This document shows positions 1 to 8,782 of a stretch of 64,000 bases of DNA, piece by piece. The stretch is from Desulfobacteraceae bacterium. GTDB taxonomy: Bacteria > Desulfobacterota > Desulfobacteria > Desulfobacterales > Desulfosalsimonadaceae. The stretch spans positions 4,925 through 68,924 of the forward strand of contig JAABSL010000111.1 in the NCBI GenBank assembly GCA_011390415.1, read 5' to 3'. Under the pieces are notes generated by a model. It saw nothing but the letters and a program-made list of their open reading frames with translations. It made no database searches and was not told the origin of the DNA. The first letter of the stretch is position 1. Every line of letters starts with the position of its first letter. A program made the translations under genes and the position numbers.

Positions 1-1
1 G

Positions 2-1051
2 GAGTTTTTCAAACATTTTCCCCAAGCAAATGACCGGGAGCATGCCATTGAAGTGCAGATCCCTTTTTTGCAGCATTATTTGAACAATTTTCAGATTGTT
101 CCGATTGTAATGGGCCCGGGTGACCCGATAAAATTCACCGATGCCATTGAATCGGTTCTGGATTCGGAAACACTGATTGTGGCCAGTTCAGATCTTTCTC
201 ATTACCTGCCGTATCAGCAGGCGGTTGAAACCGACCGGACAACCATTGGCCGGATACTGGACATGGATGTTGAAAAACTGTCTGATAACAGCAACCGGGC
301 CTGCGGAATTCTTCCGATTGTCGTGCTTACGCATCTGGCGACTCGTCACAACTGGGAACCGATGCTGCTCCACTATTCAAACAGCGGAGACACAGCCGGT
401 CCGAAAGACAAGGTGGTGGGGTATGCCGCCATTGCCTATTTTCAATCATCAATTGCAAACCCGCAAAAAGGAGCAACATATATGGACAAAAAAAAAGGCG
501 AAGTGCTTTTAAAAGTGGCCCGGAAATCAATTGCGGACAGCCTGAGCCTGCCGACCCCGGATGCAGACACGCTGAGCAAAGAATTATCCGACGACATTTT
601 TACAACCCGCCGGGGAACGTTTGTCACGCTGAAAATTAACGACCAGCTGCGCGGGTGCATCGGCAACCTGACCGCCGACAAGTCGCTTCTTGAAGGCGTC
701 AGGGACAACGCCATCAATGCGGCTTTTCATGACCCCCGGTTTCCGCCCCTGTCTAAAAATGAATTTGAAAAAGTGGATATTGAAATCAGCCTTCTTACCG
801 AGCCCCGGAAGCTGGAGTTTAAAAACAGCGGGGACCTTCTGGAAAAACTGCGGCCCGATGTCGATGGGGTGATCATTCGCAAAGGTCCCTACAGTTCAAC
901 CTTTTTGCCCCAGGTATGGGAACAGCTGCCGGATAAAAAATCATTTCTTTCACATTTATGCCAAAAAGCCGGACTGTCGCCGGACGAGTGGCAGCGCCCG
1001 GGACTGGAAGTCATGGTGTATCAGGTCCAGTATTTTGAAGAAGGCCATTAA
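2..1051 (+). CDS. AmmeMemoRadiSam system protein B (Memo-like) fused to protein A (AMMECR1 domain); 5' end lies outside the window
   Basis: The frame is open from nt 2 (EFFKHFPQANDREHAIEVQIPFLQ...), so the ORF-track Met at 53 is internal. Memo hallmarks are EHAIEVQIPFLQ, SSDLSHY and NRACG. The C-terminal half carries the AMMECR1 signature LRGCIGN. Stop TAA 1049-1051. Confidence 0.85.
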   Translation, partial: EFFKHFPQANDREHAIEVQIPFLQHYLNNFQIVPIVMGPGDPIKFTDAIESVLDSETLIVASSDLSHYLPYQQAVETDRTTIGRILDMDVEKLSDNSNRACGILPIVVLTHLATRHNWEPMLLHYSNSGDTAGPKDKVVGYAAIAYFQSSIANPQKGATYMDKKKGEVLLKVARKSIADSLSLPTPDADTLSKELSDDIFTTRRGTFVTLKINDQLRGCIGNLTADKSLLEGVRDNAINAAFHDPRFPPLSKNEFEKVDIEISLLTEPRKLEFKNSGDLLEKLRPDVDGVIIRKGPYSSTFLPQVWEQLPDKKSFLSHLCQKAGLSPDEWQRPGLEVMVYQVQYFEEGH

Positions 1052-3191
1052 GCCGAAGACGCAAGCTGAAGTAAATCCGCAAGCCAAACCGGAGACACAA
1101 AATCAAATTGATCTTCCGATTCGACATGTGGTCATTGCAACCGGTGTCGCGTCCGTAGTTACCCAGCTGCTGACCATCCGGGAATTTCTTTCCCACCTGA
1201 ACGGAAATGAATTTGTCATTGCCCTGATCCTTTTTAACTGGCTTTTTGTCGGCGGCATCGGAACGCTTCTGGCCCGGCCGTTTGGCAGAAAAGGGTCTGT
1301 TGCCGGACTCTGCAGGCTCTCCACCGGCCTGGTCCTGCTGGCGCCTATGCAGCTGCTTGCCATCCGCAAATTTCATGATCTGCTTTTTGTGGGCGGCAGC
1401 TCCATCGGGTTTTATCCCACGTTTGGCTATACGCTTGTTTTAACAGCCCCCTATGCTCTGCTCATCGGTTTTGTGCTCCCCTACAGCCTGATTGTGATCA
1501 GAAATCATATTCCGGATTACTCCGGCACCCGAATCTACATTTTTGACAATATCGGCGATATTACCGGGGGCGCGCTGTTTTCGTTTCTGCTGGTCTATTT
1601 CGCAACACCGTTTCAGGCGGTTTTGATCAGCCATCTGCCCTTGATTTTCGTCCTTTACCGGCTTTACGCAGCAGCTTACAAAAACAGAATCGCCCCTGTT
1701 CTGGGAACCATCCTGAGTCTTGGAATTCTGGTCGGCGCATTATCTGCTGAACTGCCGTCCCTTTCCCCGGCCGCAGGAAAACTTGTGCATTATCAGGAAA
1801 CACCCTATGGCCGCATCCAGCTCATACGGGACCGGGAACAATATACCCTGTTCCAGAACGGCCGTCCGGTTTTTGGCTCCCAAAACATAAGTGCTGCCGA
1901 AGAAATTATCCACTATCCCCTTTCTCAGGCTGAATCGGTTGATCATGTTCTGATGATATCTGCGGAAAATCAGATGATGCAGGAGGCAAGAAAATATCAC
2001 CCGAAATCCATTGACTATCTGGAAATTGACCCGGCCCTGACACAGGTGGAATTTGAGTTTGGTCTGCTGAAAAAATTTCCGGAAATGCATGTGATTCACA
2101 TGGATGGGCGGCAGTATCTTCAGAAAACAGACAAGAGGTATGACGCCATTATTCTAAATCTGCCGGAACCGGACAATTTTCAGATCAACCGGTTTTTTAC
2201 CGATCAATTCTTTGGTATTGCCCGGCAGCAGCTGACCGGGGGCGGTGTGCTTTCTTTTTCTGTCAAAGGATATGACAGTTATATCAGTGACACGGAGCTT
2301 CAAAAAGTCTCTTCGATCTACCGCACCGCTGGCCAGGTATTTTCTCATGTTTTACTGATACCGGGCAGCCGGATATTTTTTCTGTGCAGCGACAAGCCGC
2401 TTATAACCGATATCCCAAAGCGCCTTGAACATAAAGATATTTCCACATCCTATATCAGCGGCTATTATTACGGGGATGTGCCGCTGGAAAAAATTGAGCG
2501 ATTAAACCAGCAGCTGCTATCCGATGTTCCGGTAAATACGGATTTTTCCCCTCATCTGGTGCGGATTCTGCTGGATGAATGGTTTTCAATTTTTACCGCC
2601 TCTCCTGCGTTTTTTGTCATGATACTGGGTTTCATTAATATTTTTTATTTTTTTTGTATTTCCAGAGAAGAATTTGTGCTTTACACCACCGGATTTTTTA
2701 CCATGGGGGCGGAAATTCTGGTTATATTTGCGTTTCAAATATTTTTTGGCTATATTTACCTGCAGCTCGGATTGATTATCACTGTTTTTCTGGCCGGGCT
2801 TTTACCCGGCGCCGTATACGGCGAGCATATGCGCCGGCACGGGAATCAGTTGCTGGCCGTGACGGAATTGGCGCTCATTGCTTTGATGGGTCTGTTTCTC
2901 ACCGGCATGATACTTTTTTCAGAACATTTACCGGCGTATGCGTTTCTTTTATTCGGCTTTGGAATCTCTTTTGTCTGCGGATGTCAGTTTCCCATAGCGC
3001 TTCATCTGCAGGGCAGCGATAAACCGGCTGCCGTTAAAATGTTTTCCGCAGACCTTATCGGGGCGGCCTATGGCACCCTGTTGACCAGTATTTTGTTAAT
3101 TCCCTATGCCGGCATCCTGTGGACGGCCACGGCATTGATTGCCCTGAAAACGATCAGCTGGATCACTTTAAACACGAAAAAATCAATATGA
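1035..3191 (+). CDS. Polytopic membrane protein with central spermidine-synthase-like (SAM-dependent aminopropyltransferase fold) domain
   Basis: 718-aa ORF with a TTG start overlapping the upstream stop by 17 nt. Several hydrophobic helices at both ends flank a soluble core (IDYLEIDPALTQV..., RYDAIILNLPEPDN, GGGVLSF) typical of spermidine synthase-type methyltransferase folds. The start codon is uncertain (GTG 1137 is also possible). Confidence 0.75.
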   Translation: MKKAIKPKTQAEVNPQAKPETQNQIDLPIRHVVIATGVASVVTQLLTIREFLSHLNGNEFVIALILFNWLFVGGIGTLLARPFGRKGSVAGLCRLSTGLVLLAPMQLLAIRKFHDLLFVGGSSIGFYPTFGYTLVLTAPYALLIGFVLPYSLIVIRNHIPDYSGTRIYIFDNIGDITGGALFSFLLVYFATPFQAVLISHLPLIFVLYRLYAAAYKNRIAPVLGTILSLGILVGALSAELPSLSPAAGKLVHYQETPYGRIQLIRDREQYTLFQNGRPVFGSQNISAAEEIIHYPLSQAESVDHVLMISAENQMMQEARKYHPKSIDYLEIDPALTQVEFEFGLLKKFPEMHVIHMDGRQYLQKTDKRYDAIILNLPEPDNFQINRFFTDQFFGIARQQLTGGGVLSFSVKGYDSYISDTELQKVSSIYRTAGQVFSHVLLIPGSRIFFLCSDKPLITDIPKRLEHKDISTSYISGYYYGDVPLEKIERLNQQLLSDVPVNTDFSPHLVRILLDEWFSIFTASPAFFVMILGFINIFYFFCISREEFVLYTTGFFTMGAEILVIFAFQIFFGYIYLQLGLIITVFLAGLLPGAVYGEHMRRHGNQLLAVTELALIALMGLFLTGMILFSEHLPAYAFLLFGFGISFVCGCQFPIALHLQGSDKPAAVKMFSADLIGAAYGTLLTSILLIPYAGILWTATALIALKTISWITLNTKKSI

Positions 3192-4369
3192 CACTTGTTT
3201 CAAGACGACAATTTTTACAAACCAGCGCCCTGACATTGGCGGGCAGTCTCCTGCCGGGTCCGGCCGTATGTTCTTTGATGGAAAATAATCAGCCATCCGT
3301 GCGAAAGGATATATCCGGAAACATCTTTAAAAATGACGCCCCGGATCAAATCTGGAAATGGTCCCGCAAAGCCGACCATGCCGTTTCCCTGCCCGACCAG
3401 ACGGTGATGTGCGGTATTTGTCCGCACAGCTGTGTTCTGGATAAAAATGATCGGAGCATCTGCCGGTCCAGGGTCAATATTGACGGGACATTATATACAC
3501 TGGCCTACGGCAATCCGTGTTCCGTCAATATCGATCCCATAGAAAAAAAGCCCCTGTTCCACTTCAAGCCCGAAAGCCGGGCCTTATCCATTGCTGCCAC
3601 CGGATGTAATTTTCGATGTTTAAACTGCCAGAACTGGCAGATATCCCAGGTCAAACCCGAAGATGTCAGGTCCTATGATCTTTTTCCGGACCAGGTGGTG
3701 CAAACCGCTTTGGCCAAAAAAGCCGCCTCCATCGCATATACCTATTCCGAACCGGTGACCTATTTTGAATACATGAAGGATACCGCACGCCTTGCAAAAC
3801 AAAAAGGAATCTCAAATCTCTGGATATCCAACGGCTATATTAATCCGGAACCTTTATCAGCACTGTGCAAGGTGATTGATGCGGCAAATGTGAACCTGAA
3901 GTCATTTGATGATGCAATTTATCAGAAACTCAACGGGGGCCGGCTGGACCCGGTGCTGAATACCTTTAAAACCCTTCACGAACAAAACATTCACTTTGAA
4001 ATGACCACCCTGGTGGTTCCCGGCTATGTTGATGACCCGAAGATGATCAGACAAATGTGCCGGTGGATTCTTGACAATTTAGGACCGGATCACCCCCTGC
4101 ATTTTTTGCGATTTTTTCCCCAGTATAAACTTGATCGCCTTCCGCCCACACCGGTGTCTGTGTTAACAGAATTTCGAAAAATCGCCATGGAAACCGGCAT
4201 CCGGTATGTGTATGTGGGCAATGTGCCCGGCCACGAGGGAAATCATACCTATTGCCATCATTGCGGTAAACTGCTGATTGAAAGAAAAGGGTATTATATG
4301 CCGGCCACCCACATGATCAAAGACAAATGCAAATTCTGCGGCGGCTCCATTCCCGGAATTTGGATTTAA
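3188..4369 (+). CDS. AmmeMemoRadiSam system radical SAM enzyme with N-terminal twin-arginine (Tat) signal-like sequence
   Basis: ATG 3188 forms an ATGA overlap with the upstream stop. The N-terminus MTLVSRRQFLQTSALTLAGSLL matches S-R-R-x-F-L plus an h-region. CNFRCLNCQNW (CX3CX2C, nt 3605-3628) is the radical SAM cluster motif. There are extra Cys motifs at the N-terminus (CGICPHSC...C) and C-terminus (CHHCG...CKFCG). Confidence 0.85.
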   Translation: MTLVSRRQFLQTSALTLAGSLLPGPAVCSLMENNQPSVRKDISGNIFKNDAPDQIWKWSRKADHAVSLPDQTVMCGICPHSCVLDKNDRSICRSRVNIDGTLYTLAYGNPCSVNIDPIEKKPLFHFKPESRALSIAATGCNFRCLNCQNWQISQVKPEDVRSYDLFPDQVVQTALAKKAASIAYTYSEPVTYFEYMKDTARLAKQKGISNLWISNGYINPEPLSALCKVIDAANVNLKSFDDAIYQKLNGGRLDPVLNTFKTLHEQNIHFEMTTLVVPGYVDDPKMIRQMCRWILDNLGPDHPLHFLRFFPQYKLDRLPPTPVSVLTEFRKIAMETGIRYVYVGNVPGHEGNHTYCHHCGKLLIERKGYYMPATHMIKDKCKFCGGSIPGIWI

Positions 4370-4431
4370 AATATTAATAATTATTTGAATAAGTTTTTTG
4401 CAACCATTACATTAAGGTTATATGCGCGTTT

Positions 4432-4959
4432 ATGAAAAAATTTTTCATCTGTTTTCTGCTGGCAGGATTAATGGCCGGACCCACCGGGTGCAGTCAAAAA
4501 ATTGTTAAAAAAATGGAAGTTACGGCTTACTGCGGATGCGGCCAATGCTGCTGCTGGGAACGCGGCAGCTGGAAATACCTGAAACTGAATTTCTGGAACA
4601 AATATATCAATAAAGGAAAATATGCAGGCCGCCCCTATTCCGGGCTGACCGCCAGCGGCACCAAACCCCGGGAACCCGTGCCCGGGCTTTTTTCCGTTGA
4701 CAGCATAAAAAACCCCTGGATGATTCCGTTCCGGATCATATTCCCCTGGCTCTGGTTTTCAAAAGACGGCTCGGTGGCCGCTGATACGAAATATTATCAA
4801 TTCGGAACCCGGCTTTATATTCCGGGATACGGGTATGGGGTTATCGAAGACCGGGGCAGCGCCATCAAAGGCCCCACACGTCTGGATTTATATTACAACT
4901 CTCATTCCGAGGCCAGACAATGGGGCCGACAGCATGTTGAAGTGACCTTCTACCCATAA
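4432..4959 (+). CDS. 3D-domain (MltA/RlpA-like) lipoprotein
   Basis: Signal peptide with lipobox-like LMAGPTGC. Also VTAYCGCGQCC and the C-terminal YIPGYGYGVIEDRGSAIKGPTRLDLYY motif characteristic of 3D-domain proteins. Confidence 0.75.
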   Translation: MKKFFICFLLAGLMAGPTGCSQKIVKKMEVTAYCGCGQCCCWERGSWKYLKLNFWNKYINKGKYAGRPYSGLTASGTKPREPVPGLFSVDSIKNPWMIPFRIIFPWLWFSKDGSVAADTKYYQFGTRLYIPGYGYGVIEDRGSAIKGPTRLDLYYNSHSEARQWGRQHVEVTFYP

Positions 4960-4961
4960 TT

Positions 4962-5897
4962 TTAGTCATCTATTTTTTTGCGGTAAAATGTTTTTCCATT
5001 GGCATGCAGAATTTCAATGGTTTGACGGTTGATCATCGGGTCTGCATACTTGAGGACCTCATTCGGATGAAGGCCCAATCCCGCGGATATATCCGCTAAT
5101 GTGCAGGGCCGGCGGCCGAGCATATTTAAAATCTTTTTTTCCGTATCCATGAGTTCTTCATTTACGACCGGCTTTTTAAACGGTGCGATCACTTCCGCAT
5201 TGCCCCCTAAAATTTTGCAAAAATATTCCAGTTCTTCTTCAGACACCCGCTGAATATCACTTTCCGCGGTTGGCCGGACCGCTGTGTTTAAATGAATCTT
5301 TTCCGGCGAAAACCGGTCTGTCCATTGTTTAAACTTTTTTATGGCAGATTCGGTGTCATTAAGCCCTTTGACGATAAATATTTCCAGCCATATTTTTCCG
5401 GAATATACGTTTCGGAATTCAATCAGTCCCCGGGCCATATCCGTAAAAGAAATATGCGAATCCGGCCGGTTAATTTTAAAAAAAGTTTTTTCATCGCAGG
5501 CGTCAAAGGACGGCAATACCACATCAGCGCCGGCCAAATCATTCCTGACATCCTTTTTTGACAGCAGCGACCCATTGGTTAAAACCGTCACCGGGATATC
5601 GGTCAGTGATTTAATGCCGCTGATGATATCTGCCATCTGACTGTTCAGCGTGGGTTCTCCGGAACCGCCCAGAGTAATATAATCCGGCCGGACCCCTTCT
5701 TTTAAACGGGCGGAAAGCTGATCAAGAATCATGTGCGCCGGTATATAGGGTTTTCGCTCAATGGTTGTTTCGGGCGTGGTCCCGATCTGGCAATAAGTAC
5801 AATTATAAGAGCAGACTTTATAGGGTACCAGATCAACCCCCAGGGAAAGGCCAAGGCGCCGGGAAGGCACCGGACCATAAATTAAATTATCCGTCAT
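4962..5897 (-). CDS. Radical SAM protein with C-terminal winged-helix-like domain
   Basis: N-terminal YGPVPSRRLGLSLGVDL...CSYNCTYCQ (CX3CX2C). The C-terminal ~60 aa (LGRRPCTLADISAGLGLHPNEVLKY) looks HTH-like. Convergent with the 3D gene, with only 2 nt between the stops. Confidence 0.75.
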   Translation of the reverse strand: MTDNLIYGPVPSRRLGLSLGVDLVPYKVCSYNCTYCQIGTTPETTIERKPYIPAHMILDQLSARLKEGVRPDYITLGGSGEPTLNSQMADIISGIKSLTDIPVTVLTNGSLLSKKDVRNDLAGADVVLPSFDACDEKTFFKINRPDSHISFTDMARGLIEFRNVYSGKIWLEIFIVKGLNDTESAIKKFKQWTDRFSPEKIHLNTAVRPTAESDIQRVSEEELEYFCKILGGNAEVIAPFKKPVVNEELMDTEKKILNMLGRRPCTLADISAGLGLHPNEVLKYADPMINRQTIEILHANGKTFYRKKIDD

Positions 5898-6068
5898 ATG
5901 ATTTGCTCCGCTATATTATGGTTATTTTCGCGCATGTCCGGGTAATTTTCCGGGTAATTTTCTTGCAACCGGTTTCGCATGCTGTTAAATGTTGGTCTGT
6001 TTTAATAATGTATCGTATCATGATGTAAAAACACTCAGTCAACAAGAATTTTTAGCAAGGAGCATTTA

Positions 6069-7526
6069 ATGATGCCGGATGATAATGATATTTTTGAATC
6101 AGAAACCAATGAGGAAGAAAACTTTGCCGATCTCTTTGAATCCTATATGACGGAACAGGTGGATATTCAGGTCGGCGATAAAATCAGAGGTGAAATTATT
6201 GCAGTGGGGGACAAAAATATATTTATCAACACCGGCACCAAAACAGACGGTGTGGTTGAAAAAAGCGAATTATTAAACGATGACAATGAGCTGGAATGCA
6301 AGACCGGCGATATACTGGATCTTTACGTTGTCGCCATTGCAGACGGTGAAATCCGCCTGTCAAAATCCATATCCGGCGCCGGCGGCGACCAGTTGCTGTA
6401 TGACGCCTATCAAAATCGCATTCCGGTGGAAGGCAAGGTCACGGAAAAGTGCAAAGGCGGTTTCAGGGTCAGTATCATGAAAAAATCAGCCTTCTGCCCC
6501 ATCAGCCAGATGGATACCCGGTATGTTGAAAATGAAGATGAATATGTGGGTGAAAGTTTTGATTTTTTAATTTCAAAATTCGAACAGCGCGGCAAAAATA
6601 TCGTTGTTTCCCGGCGGGAATTGTTAAAACAGGAACAGGAAGCCGCCAAAAAAGAATTTTTTAAAAGCGCCGCATCCGGAGATTTGATTGCCGGAAAAGT
6701 CACCGCCATGAAACCCTATGGCGTTTTTGTTGAAATCGTTCCCGGTGTTGAAGGCATGGTGCATATTTCTGAAATGGCCTGGTCCCGTGTGGGGCACCCC
6801 AGTGAAATGTACGCCATTGGTGACCCGGTTACCGCCAAAATTATAGATATCAACCCCGAAACATCCAAAATCGCCCTGTCGGTCCGCCAGGCGTCTGCCG
6901 ATCCCTGGGAAACCATTCATCAGCAGTTTAAAGTGGGGGACAAACTCAACGGCAAAGTAACCCGGTGCGCGGATTTCGGTGCTTTTGTTGAAATAGCCCC
7001 GGGGATTGAAGGACTGGTCCATGTCAGTGAAATGAGCTATTTAAAGCGCATCATGCGCGCCGAAGATGTTGTCTCTCCCGGGGAAACGGTGGCGGTCACC
7101 ATCAAAGACATTGACGCTGAAAAAAAGAGAGTTTCACTGAGTATGAAAGATGCCCAGGGCGATCCCTGGCTGAACATCGGCCAGAAATATACCGTCGGAA
7201 AAGTCTATTCCGGCAGAATCGAAAAAAAAGAGTCCTTTGGTTATTTTGTTCACCTGGAACCCGGCATTGTGGGCCTGCTGCCCAAATCAAAGCTCAACAA
7301 CGCCCCGAACATATCTGAAATTGAAAAATTGAAAATCGATGACCCGATCAGCGTAAAAGTTGAAGAGGTCCATCCGGAAAGCCGAAAAATTACCCTTGGC
7401 ATTGAAGGCGATGGGAGCGACTGGAAAAAATTTGCCCCGCAAAAAGAAAGCCCGTCTTCTTCCGGGTCGTTGGGCGACCTGGGTGAAAAACTCCAGTCCG
7501 CGCTGAAGTCAAAGAATAAAAAATAA
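6069..7526 (+). CDS. S1 RNA-binding domain protein (ribosomal protein S1-like, five S1 repeats)
   Basis: AAGGAG RBS at 6057-6062. Five repeats of the S1 motif (e.g. GDLIAGKVTAMKPYGVFVEI..GVEGMVHISEM). Acidic N-terminus. Whether it is the housekeeping rpsA or a paralogue cannot be decided here. Confidence 0.8.
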   Translation: MMPDDNDIFESETNEEENFADLFESYMTEQVDIQVGDKIRGEIIAVGDKNIFINTGTKTDGVVEKSELLNDDNELECKTGDILDLYVVAIADGEIRLSKSISGAGGDQLLYDAYQNRIPVEGKVTEKCKGGFRVSIMKKSAFCPISQMDTRYVENEDEYVGESFDFLISKFEQRGKNIVVSRRELLKQEQEAAKKEFFKSAASGDLIAGKVTAMKPYGVFVEIVPGVEGMVHISEMAWSRVGHPSEMYAIGDPVTAKIIDINPETSKIALSVRQASADPWETIHQQFKVGDKLNGKVTRCADFGAFVEIAPGIEGLVHVSEMSYLKRIMRAEDVVSPGETVAVTIKDIDAEKKRVSLSMKDAQGDPWLNIGQKYTVGKVYSGRIEKKESFGYFVHLEPGIVGLLPKSKLNNAPNISEIEKLKIDDPISVKVEEVHPESRKITLGIEGDGSDWKKFAPQKESPSSSGSLGDLGEKLQSALKSKNKK

Positions 7527-7550
7527 TCCGATTATCTCTGATATAGAAAT

Positions 7551-7589
7551 GCCGGAAAAAATCAGCGTTGATTTTTCCGGCATTTTTTT
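7551..7589 (+). terminator. Rho-independent terminator after the S1-like gene (probably bidirectional)
   Basis: 10-bp stem GCCGGAAAAA / TTTTTCCGGC (7551-7560 / 7572-7581) followed by T7 (7583-7589). It lies between convergent genes. Confidence 0.6.
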
Positions 7590-7610
7590 GCTCACGGTTT
7601 TAAGCAATTT

Positions 7611-7919
7611 TTATTTTTTGATGAATATACCGCCGATAACCAGGGTCAGAGCACCGACAATCACCAGCAGCAGCCACAACGGCATGGAGACTAAATAATC
7701 CGAGCCTTCCCGAAGTTTTCCCCAGGGAAGGCTTTCGATCCAGTCAAAATTATCTTCATGAAGGATGTCCCGCAGCGAATTGTGATCACTCACATTTTTT
7801 GCTTTGTTAAATGACTGCAGGTTGCCGGATTTCCCCATGAAATTTCCCAGCGCCACATACCCGTACATACAAAGACCGCCGATTAGAGCAGACATTCCTG
7901 CAACATTCGTCTTTTTCAT
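7611..7919 (-). CDS. Hypothetical small membrane protein (2 predicted TM helices)
   Basis: 102-aa ORF in an otherwise empty gap. Hydrophobic N-terminal (ALIGGLCMYGYVALG) and C-terminal (LWLLLVIVGALTLVIGGIFI) segments. No family recognised. Confidence 0.45.
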   Translation of the reverse strand: MKKTNVAGMSALIGGLCMYGYVALGNFMGKSGNLQSFNKAKNVSDHNSLRDILHEDNFDWIESLPWGKLREGSDYLVSMPLWLLLVIVGALTLVIGGIFIKK

Positions 7920-8026
7920 TCAATGCTCCCCGCTGATTGATATTTAGAAGGATGGTTTTAAATAGAATATTTCATAAATATCACATCCAAAAATTGCATA
8001 TCATAGAACAATTTTATTATGAAAAA

Positions 8027-8782
8027 TCAAGCAAATTCTGATTTGAAATATTCCCTGTTCAACCGGGCAATTTCAATAATGGATATTCCCTTGGGGCATT
8101 CGGCTTCACATTCGGTTTCATTGGAACAGTTACCAAACCCGCATGCATCCATCTGTCTGACCATGGCCATGGCTCGCCGGGCCGCTTCCGGTTTTCCCTG
8201 GGGAAGCGCGGCCAAATGAGATACCTTGGCGCTGACAAACAGCATGGCCGACGCATTGGGACAGGCGGCCACACAGGCGCCGCAGCCGATACAGGCCGCC
8301 GCATTAAATGCTTTTTCCGCAACATCCCGGGAAATGGGCAGCGAATTGGCATCCGGTGCCCCGCCGGCATTCACGGAAATGTATCCGCCCGCGGCAATGA
8401 CTTTATCCAAAGCGCTCCGGTCCACCACCAGATCCTTGATCAGGGGAAATGCCCTTGCCCGCCAGGGTTCAATGACAATGGTATCCCCATCGGAGAAATG
8501 CCGCATGTGCAGCTGACACAAGGTGGTTTCTTTTTCATGACCGTGGGCACGGCCGTTGACCACCGCCCCGCACATCCCGCAAATACCTTCCCGGCAGTCA
8601 TGATCGAATGCAATGGGTTCTTTTTTCTGCCGGGTCAGATCCTCATTCACCACATCCAGCATTTCAAGAAACGACATATCAACAGAAATATCTTTGGCCG
8701 GGTACGTTTCCAGTCGGCCGATTTTGTCGCTGCGGTTCTGCCGCCAGACTTTTAATGTTAAGTTAATTGTCTTTGATATCAT
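8027..8782 (-). CDS. sdhB: Succinate dehydrogenase/fumarate reductase iron-sulfur subunit
   Basis: Cys clusters [21 protein letters not shown] and [14 protein letters not shown] overlap with the flavoprotein gene stop (8779-8782). Confidence 0.9.
   Translation of the reverse strand: MISKTINLTLKVWRQNRSDKIGRLETYPAKDISVDMSFLEMLDVVNEDLTRQKKEPIAFDHDCREGICGMCGAVVNGRAHGHEKETTLCQLHMRHFSDGDTIVIEPWRARAFPLIKDLVVDRSALDKVIAAGGYISVNAGGAPDANSLPISRDVAEKAFNAAACIGCGACVAACPNASAMLFVSAKVSHLAALPQGKPEAARRAMAMVRQMDACGFGNCSNETECEAECPKGISIIEIARLNREYFKSEFA

Noticed and set aside
3119-3187. An upstream extension of the radical SAM ORF (MDGHGIDCPENDQ...).
   Set aside because: It lies entirely inside the preceding membrane-protein gene. 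ATG 3188 gives a canonical ATGA coupling and places the Tat motif at the N-terminus.
5919-5934. TGGTTATTTTCGCGCA with correct GG-N10-GC spacing, upstream of the S1-like gene.
   Set aside because: Only the GG and GC dinucleotides match and the flanking consensus bases are absent. This could easily be chance in a 170-nt region.
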